DNA of 10,836 bases from positions 1 to 10,836 of the forward strand of contig CAZRRL010000036.1 in assembly GCA_964602555.1 (NCBI GenBank), written 5' to 3'. The notes under the pieces were generated by a model. It worked only from the letters and a program-made list of their open reading frames with translations, was not told the DNA's origin and ran no database searches. Origin of the DNA: an uncultured Methanosarcinales archaeon. GTDB taxonomy: Archaea > Nanobdellota > Nanobdellia > Woesearchaeales > GW2011-AR4. Of this stretch, positions 1 to 6,426 are shown one piece after another. The position numbers and the translations under genes are program-made. How positions within the stretch are numbered: position 1 is the stretch's first letter; the number at the start of each line of letters is the position of its first letter.

Positions 1-73
1 AGTGAAGATGGTGTTACTGATATATTTGCCACTCTATTTAAATAAATTTTAATGTTCAATCCATTTATTTCTT

Positions 74-1510
74 TCATTCTCCCTTCTCCACAGCACTTCC
101 CAATTGTAGCAACTTACTTTCCTGCAGGTGGTCTGCAATGAGCAACATACCAACAGGCAAATTTTTTTCAAAGCCAACTGGCACATTTAAATGAGGCAGT
201 CCAGCTACATTTGGGCTAACAGTCATAACATCTATCATGTATTGCTGTAATGGAGTTAATTTTTCAATTTCAGAAAATTTTGGTGGCAAAATAGGAGCTG
301 TTGGGCTTACTAATGCATCAAATTTCTTGAATGCCTTTTTGTACTCATTTATCATCAATGTTCTCACTTTCATTGCTTTAAGGTAGAAAGCATCTCTGTA
401 GCCTGCCATTCTCGCAAAAGTGCCAAGCATTATTCTTCGTTTTGCTTCGTCTCCGAAATTATTGCTCCTGACTTTTGTAAAATATTCATTAAAGCTTCCT
501 TCTAGCTTTTCACTTACTCCATAACGCATTCCGCAATATTTTGCAAGGTTAGTGCTTGCTTCAGAAGTAGCAATCATATAATAAGTTGCGATGCCATATT
601 TAATTGGTAATTCTAAAGAAATTTCCTCAGTTTTTGCACCTTCTTCTTTAAGCTCTTCAATTCCATTGTAAACATTTTTTTCGACTTCTTTTTCTACACC
701 TTTGCCAAATGCTTCTTTTATAATCCCAATTTTCATACCTTTAATCGATTTTTTCAAGTAGGCTTCATAATCTTCATTTTTTACATTTAAAGATGTGCTG
801 TCATTTTTGTCATGCTCGGCTATTACACTCATCAATAATGCAACATCTTCAACATTTTTTCCGATAGGTCCAATCTTATCTAGTGAGTTAGCAAAATCTA
901 TTAAACCGTATCTTGAGACTCTGCCATAGGTTGGGCATAATCCATAAACTCCGCAAAATGAAGCTGGCTCAACAATAGAGCCACCAGTTGATTCACCTAA
1001 AGAAATGTGGTTGCTCAGCATTTGACTCAATCCAGCTGCTCCGCCTGAAGAGCCGCCACAGCTTCTTTCCTTGTCAAAAGGATTTTTTGGCACTTTAAAG
1101 CCAATGCCAACATTAATGCTAAAGCCGCCAAATCCAAATTCATCTTGAGAAGTTTTTCCAATTATTATGCCACCTTCTTCTTTAACTCTCTCAATGACAA
1201 AAGCATCAAATAATGGCTTGTATCCTTGAAGAATTTTTGAGCCAGCAGAACTATCAACATCTTTGACACAAATGCTGTCTTTTACAGAAATAGCAATGCC
1301 CAGCAATTTTTTATTTTTTATTTTTTTGTTATTGTGTTTTAATTGATTTTTAATCTCTTTTGCTTGCTGCAAAGCAAATTCTTCACTAATCACATTGAAA
1401 TAATTATATTCCTTATTTATCTCCTTACATTCCTCAATAAGCTTTTCGGTATGCTCAACAATATCAATTTCTTGTTTTTTTACTTTTTCAATAAATTCCT
1501 TCATGTTCAT
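74..1510 (-). CDS. gatA: Glu-tRNA(Gln)/Asp-tRNA(Asn) amidotransferase subunit A (amidase-signature family)
   Basis: 478-aa ORF of typical GatA length. It carries the amidase signature blocks GIAISVKDSICVKD, CGGSSGGAAG and GESTGGSIVEPASFCG. gatC lies about 0.5 kb upstream on the same strand. Confidence 0.9.
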   Translation of the reverse strand: MNMKEFIEKVKKQEIDIVEHTEKLIEECKEINKEYNYFNVISEEFALQQAKEIKNQLKHNNKKIKNKKLLGIAISVKDSICVKDVDSSAGSKILQGYKPLFDAFVIERVKEEGGIIIGKTSQDEFGFGGFSINVGIGFKVPKNPFDKERSCGGSSGGAAGLSQMLSNHISLGESTGGSIVEPASFCGVYGLCPTYGRVSRYGLIDFANSLDKIGPIGKNVEDVALLMSVIAEHDKNDSTSLNVKNEDYEAYLKKSIKGMKIGIIKEAFGKGVEKEVEKNVYNGIEELKEEGAKTEEISLELPIKYGIATYYMIATSEASTNLAKYCGMRYGVSEKLEGSFNEYFTKVRSNNFGDEAKRRIMLGTFARMAGYRDAFYLKAMKVRTLMINEYKKAFKKFDALVSPTAPILPPKFSEIEKLTPLQQYMIDVMTVSPNVAGLPHLNVPVGFEKNLPVGMLLIADHLQESKLLQLGSAVEKGE

Positions 1511-2054
1511 TTTTTTCCTTTAATTGTGTAGAAAGCAATAAACCTATCAAAGATGTCAAAAACATAACTAAAAATAAAATTTTAAAATCGAATAATTTTG
1601 CTAAAACTGCTCCAATCAATGCAGCAATTCCTGTTGCAATATACCATACAGCTTCCCATGCAGCCCATTGAGATGCAAATTTTCCTTTTTCAAGATATTT
1701 TGTATAAAATGAGTCATAAGCAGGAGTTTTTAGTACAGTAGCAATACCTAATAATACTTGTAATAAGAATAGTTGCTTAACGTTTGAAACAAAAAAATAA
1801 CCTAAAAATCCTAAACTCTCTAATGTGTATCCTAATATTATAAATGGTTTATCCTTCTTCATTTTATCTTGTATATTCCCCATAAGAATTATACCAACGC
1901 CTGAAATAATCATAAATATCGACCAAGCAGTTCCTGCTGCAAGTATATCCCCCCCTATTCTTTGAACGAAAATAGCATAAATAGGCCCAAACATGCCTAT
2001 AGCTAACACAAAAAAAGAGTTTACTGTTAAAAACAATTTTAATTGCTTGTGCAT
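1488..2054 (-). CDS. 6-TM membrane protein, MFS-like half-size transporter (hypothetical)
   Basis: 188-aa ORF with six evenly spaced hydrophobic segments. The loop after TM2, GNIQDKMKKDK, resembles MFS motif A (G-x3-D-[RK]-x-G-[RK]-[RK]). The ATG lies 1 nt after the gatC stop, and the 3' end overlaps the gatA start by 23 nt. The family assignment is tentative. Confidence 0.55.
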   Translation of the reverse strand: MHKQLKLFLTVNSFFVLAIGMFGPIYAIFVQRIGGDILAAGTAWSIFMIISGVGIILMGNIQDKMKKDKPFIILGYTLESLGFLGYFFVSNVKQLFLLQVLLGIATVLKTPAYDSFYTKYLEKGKFASQWAAWEAVWYIATGIAALIGAVLAKLFDFKILFLVMFLTSLIGLLLSTQLKEKNEHEGIY

Positions 2055-2055
2055 T

Positions 2056-2340
2056 TTAGACTGCCCTTGGTCCTTTAAAATAACCGTCCTTTTTATGCTC
2101 TGTTAAAGATAATGCATCTTCTTGTGACAAGCATTGATTTGCCTCGTCTTCGCGCATTACATTTTTTATATCAACAGGCTGGAAACTAGGCTTTACATTT
2201 TCTGTGTTGATTTCTTTTAGTTTTGAAAAGAATTCAAGCGCCTCTTTCAGCTGTGGCAGAAATTTTTTTATTTCCTCTTCATTTAACTTTAATCTTGCTA
2301 CCTCAGCAACGTGCTCTATAAGCTTTCTATCAACTTCCAT
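2056..2340 (-). CDS. gatC: Glu-tRNA(Gln)/Asp-tRNA(Asn) amidotransferase subunit C
   Basis: 94-aa ORF with the GatC pattern: HVAEVARLKLNEEEIKKF, then NVMREDE, then a C-terminal GYFKGPRAV. Size and synteny with gatA fit. Confidence 0.85.
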   Translation of the reverse strand: MEVDRKLIEHVAEVARLKLNEEEIKKFLPQLKEALEFFSKLKEINTENVKPSFQPVDIKNVMREDEANQCLSQEDALSLTEHKKDGYFKGPRAV

Positions 2341-2361
2341 AATACATCGGGTTTTAGTTGT

Positions 2362-2369
2362 TTTTATAA
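2362..2369 (-). promoter_or_regulatory. TATA-like box (TTATAAAA on minus strand) centred 25.5 nt upstream of the gatC ATG
   Basis: Read directly from the sequence. Spacing matches the archaeal TATA-to-TSS distance if the transcript is leaderless. The AT-rich background makes chance matches likely. Confidence 0.3.
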
Positions 2370-2423
2370 TATTTTTGTTTTTTATATTTTAGAATTCATA
2401 AAACTATTTTTTAAAATAAATAT

Positions 2424-2696
2424 CTATAAACCAAATGCCTTTTCAAACTCCTTTATTTCTCTTAGTTTTTGGACAAATTCATTACCCTTGTCTGTGATTA
2501 CTATATATTCATAACTCCCTTTCTTGATTTTTTTGACAAACTCTTTTGCTGTTAAATCATCTAAGTATGACTTCATCTGCGTATGTGACATATTCGACTT
2601 ATACATCAAATGAGTCGGCTTAATTTCCCCGCCTTTGTCAAGGATTGATGCAAGCATATCACCAATAATGTCAATCCTTGTCCTTTTTCCTTCCAT
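2424..2696 (-). CDS. Small winged-helix DNA-binding protein (archaeal HTH_45-like)
   Basis: 90-aa ORF. A predicted recognition helix ([19 protein letters not shown]) is followed by a beta-hairpin wing ([14 protein letters not shown]). Size and layout resemble the small archaeal wHTH family PF14947. The start overlaps the upstream membrane-protein gene by 26 nt. Confidence 0.65.
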   Translation of the reverse strand: MEGKRTRIDIIGDMLASILDKGGEIKPTHLMYKSNMSHTQMKSYLDDLTAKEFVKKIKKGSYEYIVITDKGNEFVQKLREIKEFEKAFGL

Positions 2697-3369
2697 GCCT
2701 TAACACCATAAAAAAAGCACACAGCAAAAGTGTATAACCTATTAATTGGATTATTTCAGCCATTACGTAAAATCGAGTTGAAACTGTAACCAAACCAAAA
2801 AATATCTCGCTTGAGGTTATAACACCAAAGCTAAATGCAATCAGCTTAGCTGCTTTGTTTCTATTAATGTAGTAATTCTTTAAATACTGCTTAGTTATAA
2901 AAATCAACAGTATAAATGAATTCAAGTGAAAAATGTGATAAGCCAATTTGTTAAATATTGTGGAAATAAAGATAAGATAGCTAATCAAGAAAATATTAGA
3001 TTTAGGTTGCTTATTGTATATTGAATAGAGTGCATAAAGCCCTAATAGATTCAATAATCTGTAAACAAAAAAGCCAACTATAAATAAGGCATCAGATGTT
3101 TTAATAGTTTGATAAGTCAAGGTTATAAAACCAAGGTCTTTTGTCTCAAGGACTTTGTAGTATACAGTAAAATTCGTCAAAATCCTGAATAAAAAAGAAA
3201 CAGCTAATATTAAGAAAGAGACAGCCAAATAAATGTAATTCTTATTTTTTCTGATCTTATAGGATCTAAGGCTAAAAAAGGCAATTAATACAAGTACAAA
3301 GATGCTAATCAAGTCTATTATGATATCTTTGCCATAAAACCACTTTGGGCTGTATATTACCTGCACCAC
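2671..3369 (-). CDS. Multi-pass integral membrane protein (about 7 TM), unknown function
   Basis: 232-aa ORF with a GTG start at 3369. It has repeated hydrophobic segments of about 20 aa separated by K/R/N-rich loops, and a basic C-terminus (RHGRKKDKD). A TATA-like box lies 26.5 nt upstream of the GTG. I recognised no family. Confidence 0.6.
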   Translation of the reverse strand: MVQVIYSPKWFYGKDIIIDLISIFVLVLIAFFSLRSYKIRKNKNYIYLAVSFLILAVSFLFRILTNFTVYYKVLETKDLGFITLTYQTIKTSDALFIVGFFVYRLLNLLGLYALYSIYNKQPKSNIFLISYLIFISTIFNKLAYHIFHLNSFILLIFITKQYLKNYYINRNKAAKLIAFSFGVITSSEIFFGLVTVSTRFYVMAEIIQLIGYTLLLCAFFMVLRHGRKKDKD

Positions 3370-3391
3370 TTCTATGAAGAGTAAATTACGA

Positions 3392-3399
3392 TTTAAAAA
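3392..3399 (-). promoter_or_regulatory. TATA-like box (TTTTTAAA on minus strand) centred 26.5 nt upstream of the GTG at 3369
   Basis: Read directly from the sequence. It supports the GTG start and a leaderless transcript. Confidence 0.3.
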
Positions 3400-3480
3400 G
3401 CTTGTGAAAGATTGTTCTATAAGACAATTCTTTAACCAACCTTCACACTATATTTAAATGAGTCAATATTACTATTATTA

Positions 3481-3658
3481 TCATTAAAAATTCGGAGGTG
3501 ATGCACAAAATAATCGGCAAAAACCCGAACAAACCCCTTTTTACCCCGGTACTACCTCCCGGGGTTTTATGCTCATCTAAACACCTCTAAATGTTCCAAG
3601 ACAAAAAATCTTGGTCACCTAGCTGCATTGACAAATGCAGTTAGTTTTTATTTTTGTT
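3481..3658 (+). ncRNA. Candidate structured small RNA of about 175 nt, unknown class, antisense to the local gene flow
   Basis: This is a G+C-rich island (about half G+C over 3541-3570 by hand count) in an AT-rich intergenic gap. A TATA-like TATATTTAAA at 3449-3458 predicts a TSS near 3481. Helix 1 pairs 3495-3503 (GAGGTG-ATG) with 3574-3587 (CAT-bulge-CACCTC). Helix 2 pairs ACCCCGG 3543-3549 with CCGGGGT 3559-3565. Helix 3 pairs CCAAGA 3596-3601 with TCTTGG 3609-3614. Helix 4 is an 11-bp stem, 3619-3629 with 3634-3644, followed by T5-A-T5. The single non-Watson-Crick pair in the last stem is G-U on the plus strand and would be A-C on the minus strand. Confidence 0.35.
3619..3655 (+). terminator. 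Hairpin plus oligo-T terminator-like element, possibly bidirectional
   Basis: CTAGCTGCATT-gaca-AATGCAGTTAG (11 bp, one G-U pair) is followed by TTTTTATTTTT. It sits 7 nt from the stop codon of the convergent minus-strand coiled-coil gene. On the minus strand a T6 run lies about 10 nt beyond the hairpin. Confidence 0.45.
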
Positions 3659-3661
3659 ATC

Positions 3662-4309
3662 CTACCTTATCAATTCTCTTCTCCTTATATTAGAAACTAG
3701 CCTTTCCAAAGTGTCAATTTTTCTCATTAGCTCAAGCTTTTCTCTGTCCATTTCAATCAAATGCCTTGCGTATTTTGTCAATTCAAAGTCTTCTTTCTTT
3801 ATGTTCTTACTTATTTCAATAAATTTATTTATTTCTTCGCTTGTTAGGTTTAATCTTGATAGTATTTCAGAAACTTTTTGTCTTATCTCATTATATTCTT
3901 CAAGGTCTTTTTTCAATACTTCTCTGTTGATTTCCAAATCTTTTTGCAGTTCTTCTTCAAATTTATCCAAAATTTTTCTTTGCAATTGACTTTTTAATAG
4001 CTTGAATTCATATAATTCTTTTCCAAAATCTTCTCTAAGATTTTTTATTACAAAAATATTTTCTTTAAAGTTTTTTAAGAACTCTTGTTGATTTAGTTTT
4101 AATTCACTTAGTTCATGTCTTAATGATTCCAGTTCTTTTTTTAAATCAGAAATTATTTTGTTATTTTCTTCTATACTCTTGTTTATTGCATCTATGTCCT
4201 CTTTTAAGCGCATCAACTCTTTTATTTTTTGGAGCATGGAGAAAGTAAGTTCAAGTTTGTTTATAATTTTTTCTTTTTTATGAATTACTGAAGTTTTTGT
4301 GCGAAGCAC
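3662..4309 (-). CDS. Coiled-coil protein, unknown function
   Basis: The longest ORF is 215 aa with a GTG start at 4309. It is E/K/L/I-rich with a heptad-like periodicity throughout. An alternative ATG at 4237 (191 aa) has a TATA-like box 26.5 nt upstream. The gene lies 12 nt downstream of the HAM1-like gene. I recognised no family. Confidence 0.6.
   Translation of the reverse strand: MLRTKTSVIHKKEKIINKLELTFSMLQKIKELMRLKEDIDAINKSIEENNKIISDLKKELESLRHELSELKLNQQEFLKNFKENIFVIKNLREDFGKELYEFKLLKSQLQRKILDKFEEELQKDLEINREVLKKDLEEYNEIRQKVSEILSRLNLTSEEINKFIEISKNIKKEDFELTKYARHLIEMDREKLELMRKIDTLERLVSNIRRRELIR
4260..4267 (-). promoter_or_regulatory. TATA-like box (ATTATAAA on minus strand) centred 26.5 nt upstream of the internal ATG at 4237
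   Basis: Read directly from the sequence. It suggests the coiled-coil gene may have its own leaderless start at 4237. Confidence 0.25.
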
Positions 4310-4321
4310 AGGTTTAAAAAT

Positions 4322-4906
4322 TTACACCATAAAGCTAAATAAGTACTTTTTTGTCAAATAAGCCCTTAATTTTAAAATAGCAATTCTTCTGAATTTTTTT
4401 ATTTCAATACAATTTTTCATTTCTCCATAAGTTTTATTGCTTCCTATTGGAATAAAGATTGGGTCGTGTCCAAAACCATAATTGCCTCTTATGCTTTCTG
4501 CAACTTCTCCTTTTTCTTCACCTAAAAAGCTGATAGAATTTTTGTTCGGTTCACAATAGGCAACAGCACTTTTATAAGTGCATTCTCTGTCTTTAACACC
4601 TTGCATTAATTTAATAATGCCTTGCAAGCCAATTTTTTTATGGATGTAAGCAGAGCATGTGCCAGGAAAATCATTTAAAGCCTTTATAAACAATCCAGAG
4701 TCTTCAACAACAATGGGTTCGTTCAGCTTATTTGCAAGCATTTGTGCTGATTGCTTAGCAATTTCTTGTGGTTTATCACTTCTTAATTCTGGATAAGAAA
4801 TTTTGATGTGATTAACCTTAATTTCAGGCTCTAGAATTTGCTTGAATTCTTTTACTTTGTTTTTGTTGGATGTTATGAAATTGATTGTTAGTTTTGACTT
4901 TGACAT
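4322..4906 (-). CDS. Non-canonical purine NTP pyrophosphatase (HAM1/RdgB/ITPase family, XTP/dITP diphosphatase)
   Basis: 194-aa ORF with the family motifs FITSNKNKVKEF (N-terminal xTxNxxKxxE), VEDSGLFIKALNDFPG and GFGHDPIF. The usual C-terminal SHR motif appears degenerate (KFRR). Confidence 0.85.
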   Translation of the reverse strand: MSKSKLTINFITSNKNKVKEFKQILEPEIKVNHIKISYPELRSDKPQEIAKQSAQMLANKLNEPIVVEDSGLFIKALNDFPGTCSAYIHKKIGLQGIIKLMQGVKDRECTYKSAVAYCEPNKNSISFLGEEKGEVAESIRGNYGFGHDPIFIPIGSNKTYGEMKNCIEIKKFRRIAILKLRAYLTKKYLFSFMV

Positions 4907-4983
4907 TTTCTAGTTTAATGTGTATAAATGTATGTATTTAGCCTGAGTTTAGTTAATAATCCTTACTATTCATTTTTTAAACA

Positions 4984-5132
4984 TCAAAATTCCACCATTC
5001 TCAGAATGGTGATTTAGTAAACTAAACCACAAATTTATTCGTGGAATTTTGAGTGTGCTCAAAAACCACTGGTCAATGCAAGTGATAATAAAGCTTTCGC
5101 TTCATGCCACCGGTCTATAAACGGTGGTTTTT
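4984..5132. promoter_or_regulatory. Cluster of overlapping, mutually exclusive inverted repeats (candidate attenuator-like or structured RNA element)
   Basis: There is a 12-bp perfect inverted repeat, TCAAAATTCCAC 4984-4995 with GTGGAATTTTGA 5041-5052. An 8-bp hairpin pairs CACCATTC 4993-5000 with GAATGGTG 5004-5011. A 7-bp hairpin pairs TTTTGAG 5047-5053 with CTCAAAA 5058-5064. A 9-bp repeat pairs AAAAACCAC 5061-5069 with GTGGTTTTT 5124-5132. A 6-bp hairpin pairs CCACCG 5107-5112 with CGGTGG 5122-5127 and is followed by T5. Each helix shares nucleotides with the next. Confidence 0.35.
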
Positions 5133-5447
5133 GACATAATTTTTTAGCTTGACGATAGGTTTTTTAACAGTTTTATTTACATAATAGTATATGTGTTTTT
5201 GTATCATTCTTACTACCCCAAAACCTACTAAAAAACCACCTAATAAAAACAAAATCCAGCTAATAGCCCATAGAAATAAGCCTGTTAATAAATAAATAGG
5301 CTTATAGAATTTTATGACAACCAATGCTTTTACGTAAAAATCTAAAATATAACTTAATAATATAAGTATAAATCCAGCTACAAGTTTTTTGTCTTTAAAC
5401 CAAATAATTTTTTGATTTGTCTGTTTTTTACTAATCATTTTTATCAA
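5115..5447 (-). CDS. Small membrane protein (about 3 TM), unknown function
   Basis: The longest ORF is 110 aa with a TTG start at 5447. The first ATG, at 5438, gives 107 aa and is the more likely start. It has three hydrophobic segments and a basic C-terminal tail. I recognised no family. Confidence 0.5.
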   Translation of the reverse strand: MIKMISKKQTNQKIIWFKDKKLVAGFILILLSYILDFYVKALVVIKFYKPIYLLTGLFLWAISWILFLLGGFLVGFGVVRMIQKHIYYYVNKTVKKPIVKLKNYVKNHRL

Positions 5448-5550
5448 AATTTTTAAGTCACCTGTTTTTCTTACTTTTCTTGTTCATTCAACTTTTATCT
5501 ACAAAGTAATAGTAAGAAGAATAATTTTGATTAAATCTTTAAAATTGATC

Positions 5551-6225
5551 TTAATCTACAAATAAAGGTTCCTTACATCCACTTATACTGTTATTAAAGC
5601 CGGGAAATATATTCTCTTTTTTAAGTTCGCCTTTAGACTTTAATTTTCGAAATTTTGCTGGTGAAAAATAAGAGCCGAATAACGTACCATAGGATCCAAA
5701 TAACATATCTACTGGCAACACGATAGAGTAATTGCAATTATAGTAGTGGTGTGCTTCGTGATAGTCCTGAAGCCATTTAAATGGTTTCCACACCCACTTT
5801 TTCTGGAACAATTTCATCTTTTTTAGAGCTTTATCAGTTAGATGATAAAGAGTATGAAATGGTGATATAACAATAAGTCCAAAACTGATACCACCAGCAG
5901 CAAAGGCAATAAAAGTCCACCAACTTAAATACTCCATTAACACTAACATTATCAGAAATCCTGCAACTAAAAGTGCAAGTATATTAAAACTAAATTCACA
6001 TGCACTTATATAAGAATCTGTCACTAGCTTGGTGGTTATTTTAGGGTTATAGTCTATGTCATGATGCCGCGCATGTCGTTTTCTTAGAAAATCGTAAGGT
6101 GTTACATTCTTGAGAATACCTAGGTGAGAGACCCAACGATGCCAAATATACCCTAAGACCTCGGAACTTATTATTCCTATAACAAAAATCATTAAAAAAT
6201 TAGTTATCATTTTAAAATATTTCAT
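5551..6225 (-). CDS. Fatty-acid hydroxylase / sterol desaturase superfamily membrane di-iron enzyme (histidine-box protein)
   Basis: 224-aa ORF with hydrophobic segments and histidine boxes: H29-x4-H34 (HRWVSH), H51-x2-HH (HARHH), H124-x3-H128 (HTLYH) and H156-x2-HH (HEAHH). This pattern is diagnostic of the PF04116-type superfamily. An alternative ATG at 6210 (M6) sits 27.5 nt downstream of a TATA-like box. Confidence 0.6.
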   Translation of the reverse strand: MKYFKMITNFLMIFVIGIISSEVLGYIWHRWVSHLGILKNVTPYDFLRKRHARHHDIDYNPKITTKLVTDSYISACEFSFNILALLVAGFLIMLVLMEYLSWWTFIAFAAGGISFGLIVISPFHTLYHLTDKALKKMKLFQKKWVWKPFKWLQDYHEAHHYYNCNYSIVLPVDMLFGSYGTLFGSYFSPAKFRKLKSKGELKKENIFPGFNNSISGCKEPLFVD

Positions 6226-6233
6226 AATTATAT

Positions 6234-6241
6234 TATTTAAA
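6234..6241 (-). promoter_or_regulatory. TATA-like box (TTTAAATA on minus strand) centred 27.5 nt upstream of the ATG at 6210
   Basis: Read directly from the sequence. It lies only 12.5 nt from the longest-ORF ATG at 6225, which favours 6210 as a leaderless start. Confidence 0.3.
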
Positions 6242-6317
6242 TTTTTCGATTGAACCCTTTCTATGAGCTCAAAATTAATTTGTGCTAGTCACATACGTAT
6301 AAACAAGAACTATACTC

Positions 6318-6350
6318 GCAGACAAAAATGATCATACAATAGTTGTCTGC
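6318..6350. repeat. Perfect 8-bp inverted repeat with 17-nt spacer
   Basis: GCAGACAA 6318-6325 pairs with TTGTCTGC 6343-6350. The spacer is aaatgatcatacaatag. Confidence 0.7.
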
Positions 6351-6355
6351 TCGTA

Positions 6356-6402
6356 ATAGCAAATGACACGTTATATGTATAAAAATTCGTGTCATTTGCT
6401 AT
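6356..6402. repeat. Perfect 15-bp inverted repeat with 17-nt AT-rich spacer, 24 nt downstream of the aspS stop
   Basis: ATAGCAAATGACACG 6356-6370 pairs with CGTGTCATTTGCTAT 6388-6402. The spacer ttatatgtataaaaatt contains a TATA-like string. No clear T-tract follows on either strand. Confidence 0.75.
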
Positions 6403-6426
6403 ATATAAGTATTTAATCTCCAAATC

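Noticed and set aside
1343-2514. Short plus-strand ORFs (1343-1531, 2204-2392, 2311-2514) opposite gatA, gatC and the wHTH gene.
   Set aside because: Their Phe/Leu/Ile-rich translations are typical of antisense frames in AT-rich DNA. They overlap better-supported minus-strand genes or promoter regions.
3491-3504. On the minus strand this reads GCATCACCTCCGAA, resembling the anti-Shine-Dalgarno 3' end of 16S rRNA.
   Set aside because: No flanking rRNA-like sequence exists, since coding genes lie within about 150 nt on both sides. The similarity covers only about 8 nt.
3501-3590. A 29-codon small ORF (MHKIIGKNPNKPLFTPVLPPGVLCSSKHL) directly preceded by GGAGGTG, inside the G+C-rich intergenic island.
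   Set aside because: The SD-like motif ends only 2 nt before the ATG, too close for canonical spacing. The other genes here lack SD motifs. The ORF uses G+C-rich codons (CCG, CCC, GGC, GGG) that are atypical of the surrounding AT-rich genes. The same nucleotides are better explained as paired RNA helices. Translation is not excluded, but I do not call it a gene.
3654-3989. A 111-aa plus-strand ORF antisense to the coiled-coil gene.
   Set aside because: It has a low-complexity Ser/Leu/Phe-rich translation. This is the expected mirror image of the E/K/L-rich codons on the opposite strand, so it is a shadow ORF.
4307-4324. The HAM1-like ORF and the coiled-coil ORF are in the same reading frame, separated by a single TAA and four sense codons. 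This could mean stop-codon readthrough or a split fusion.
   Set aside because: Sharing a frame has a one-in-three chance expectation over such a short gap. I saw no readthrough context or recoding signal, and an independent ATG with a TATA-like box exists at 4237.
5468-5518. An 8-bp inverted repeat, TTCTTACT with AGTAAGAA, and a 35-nt spacer between the hydroxylase gene and the small membrane-protein gene.
   Set aside because: The arms are short and AT-rich, a type expected by chance in this composition. It has no adjacent T-tract and no supporting features.
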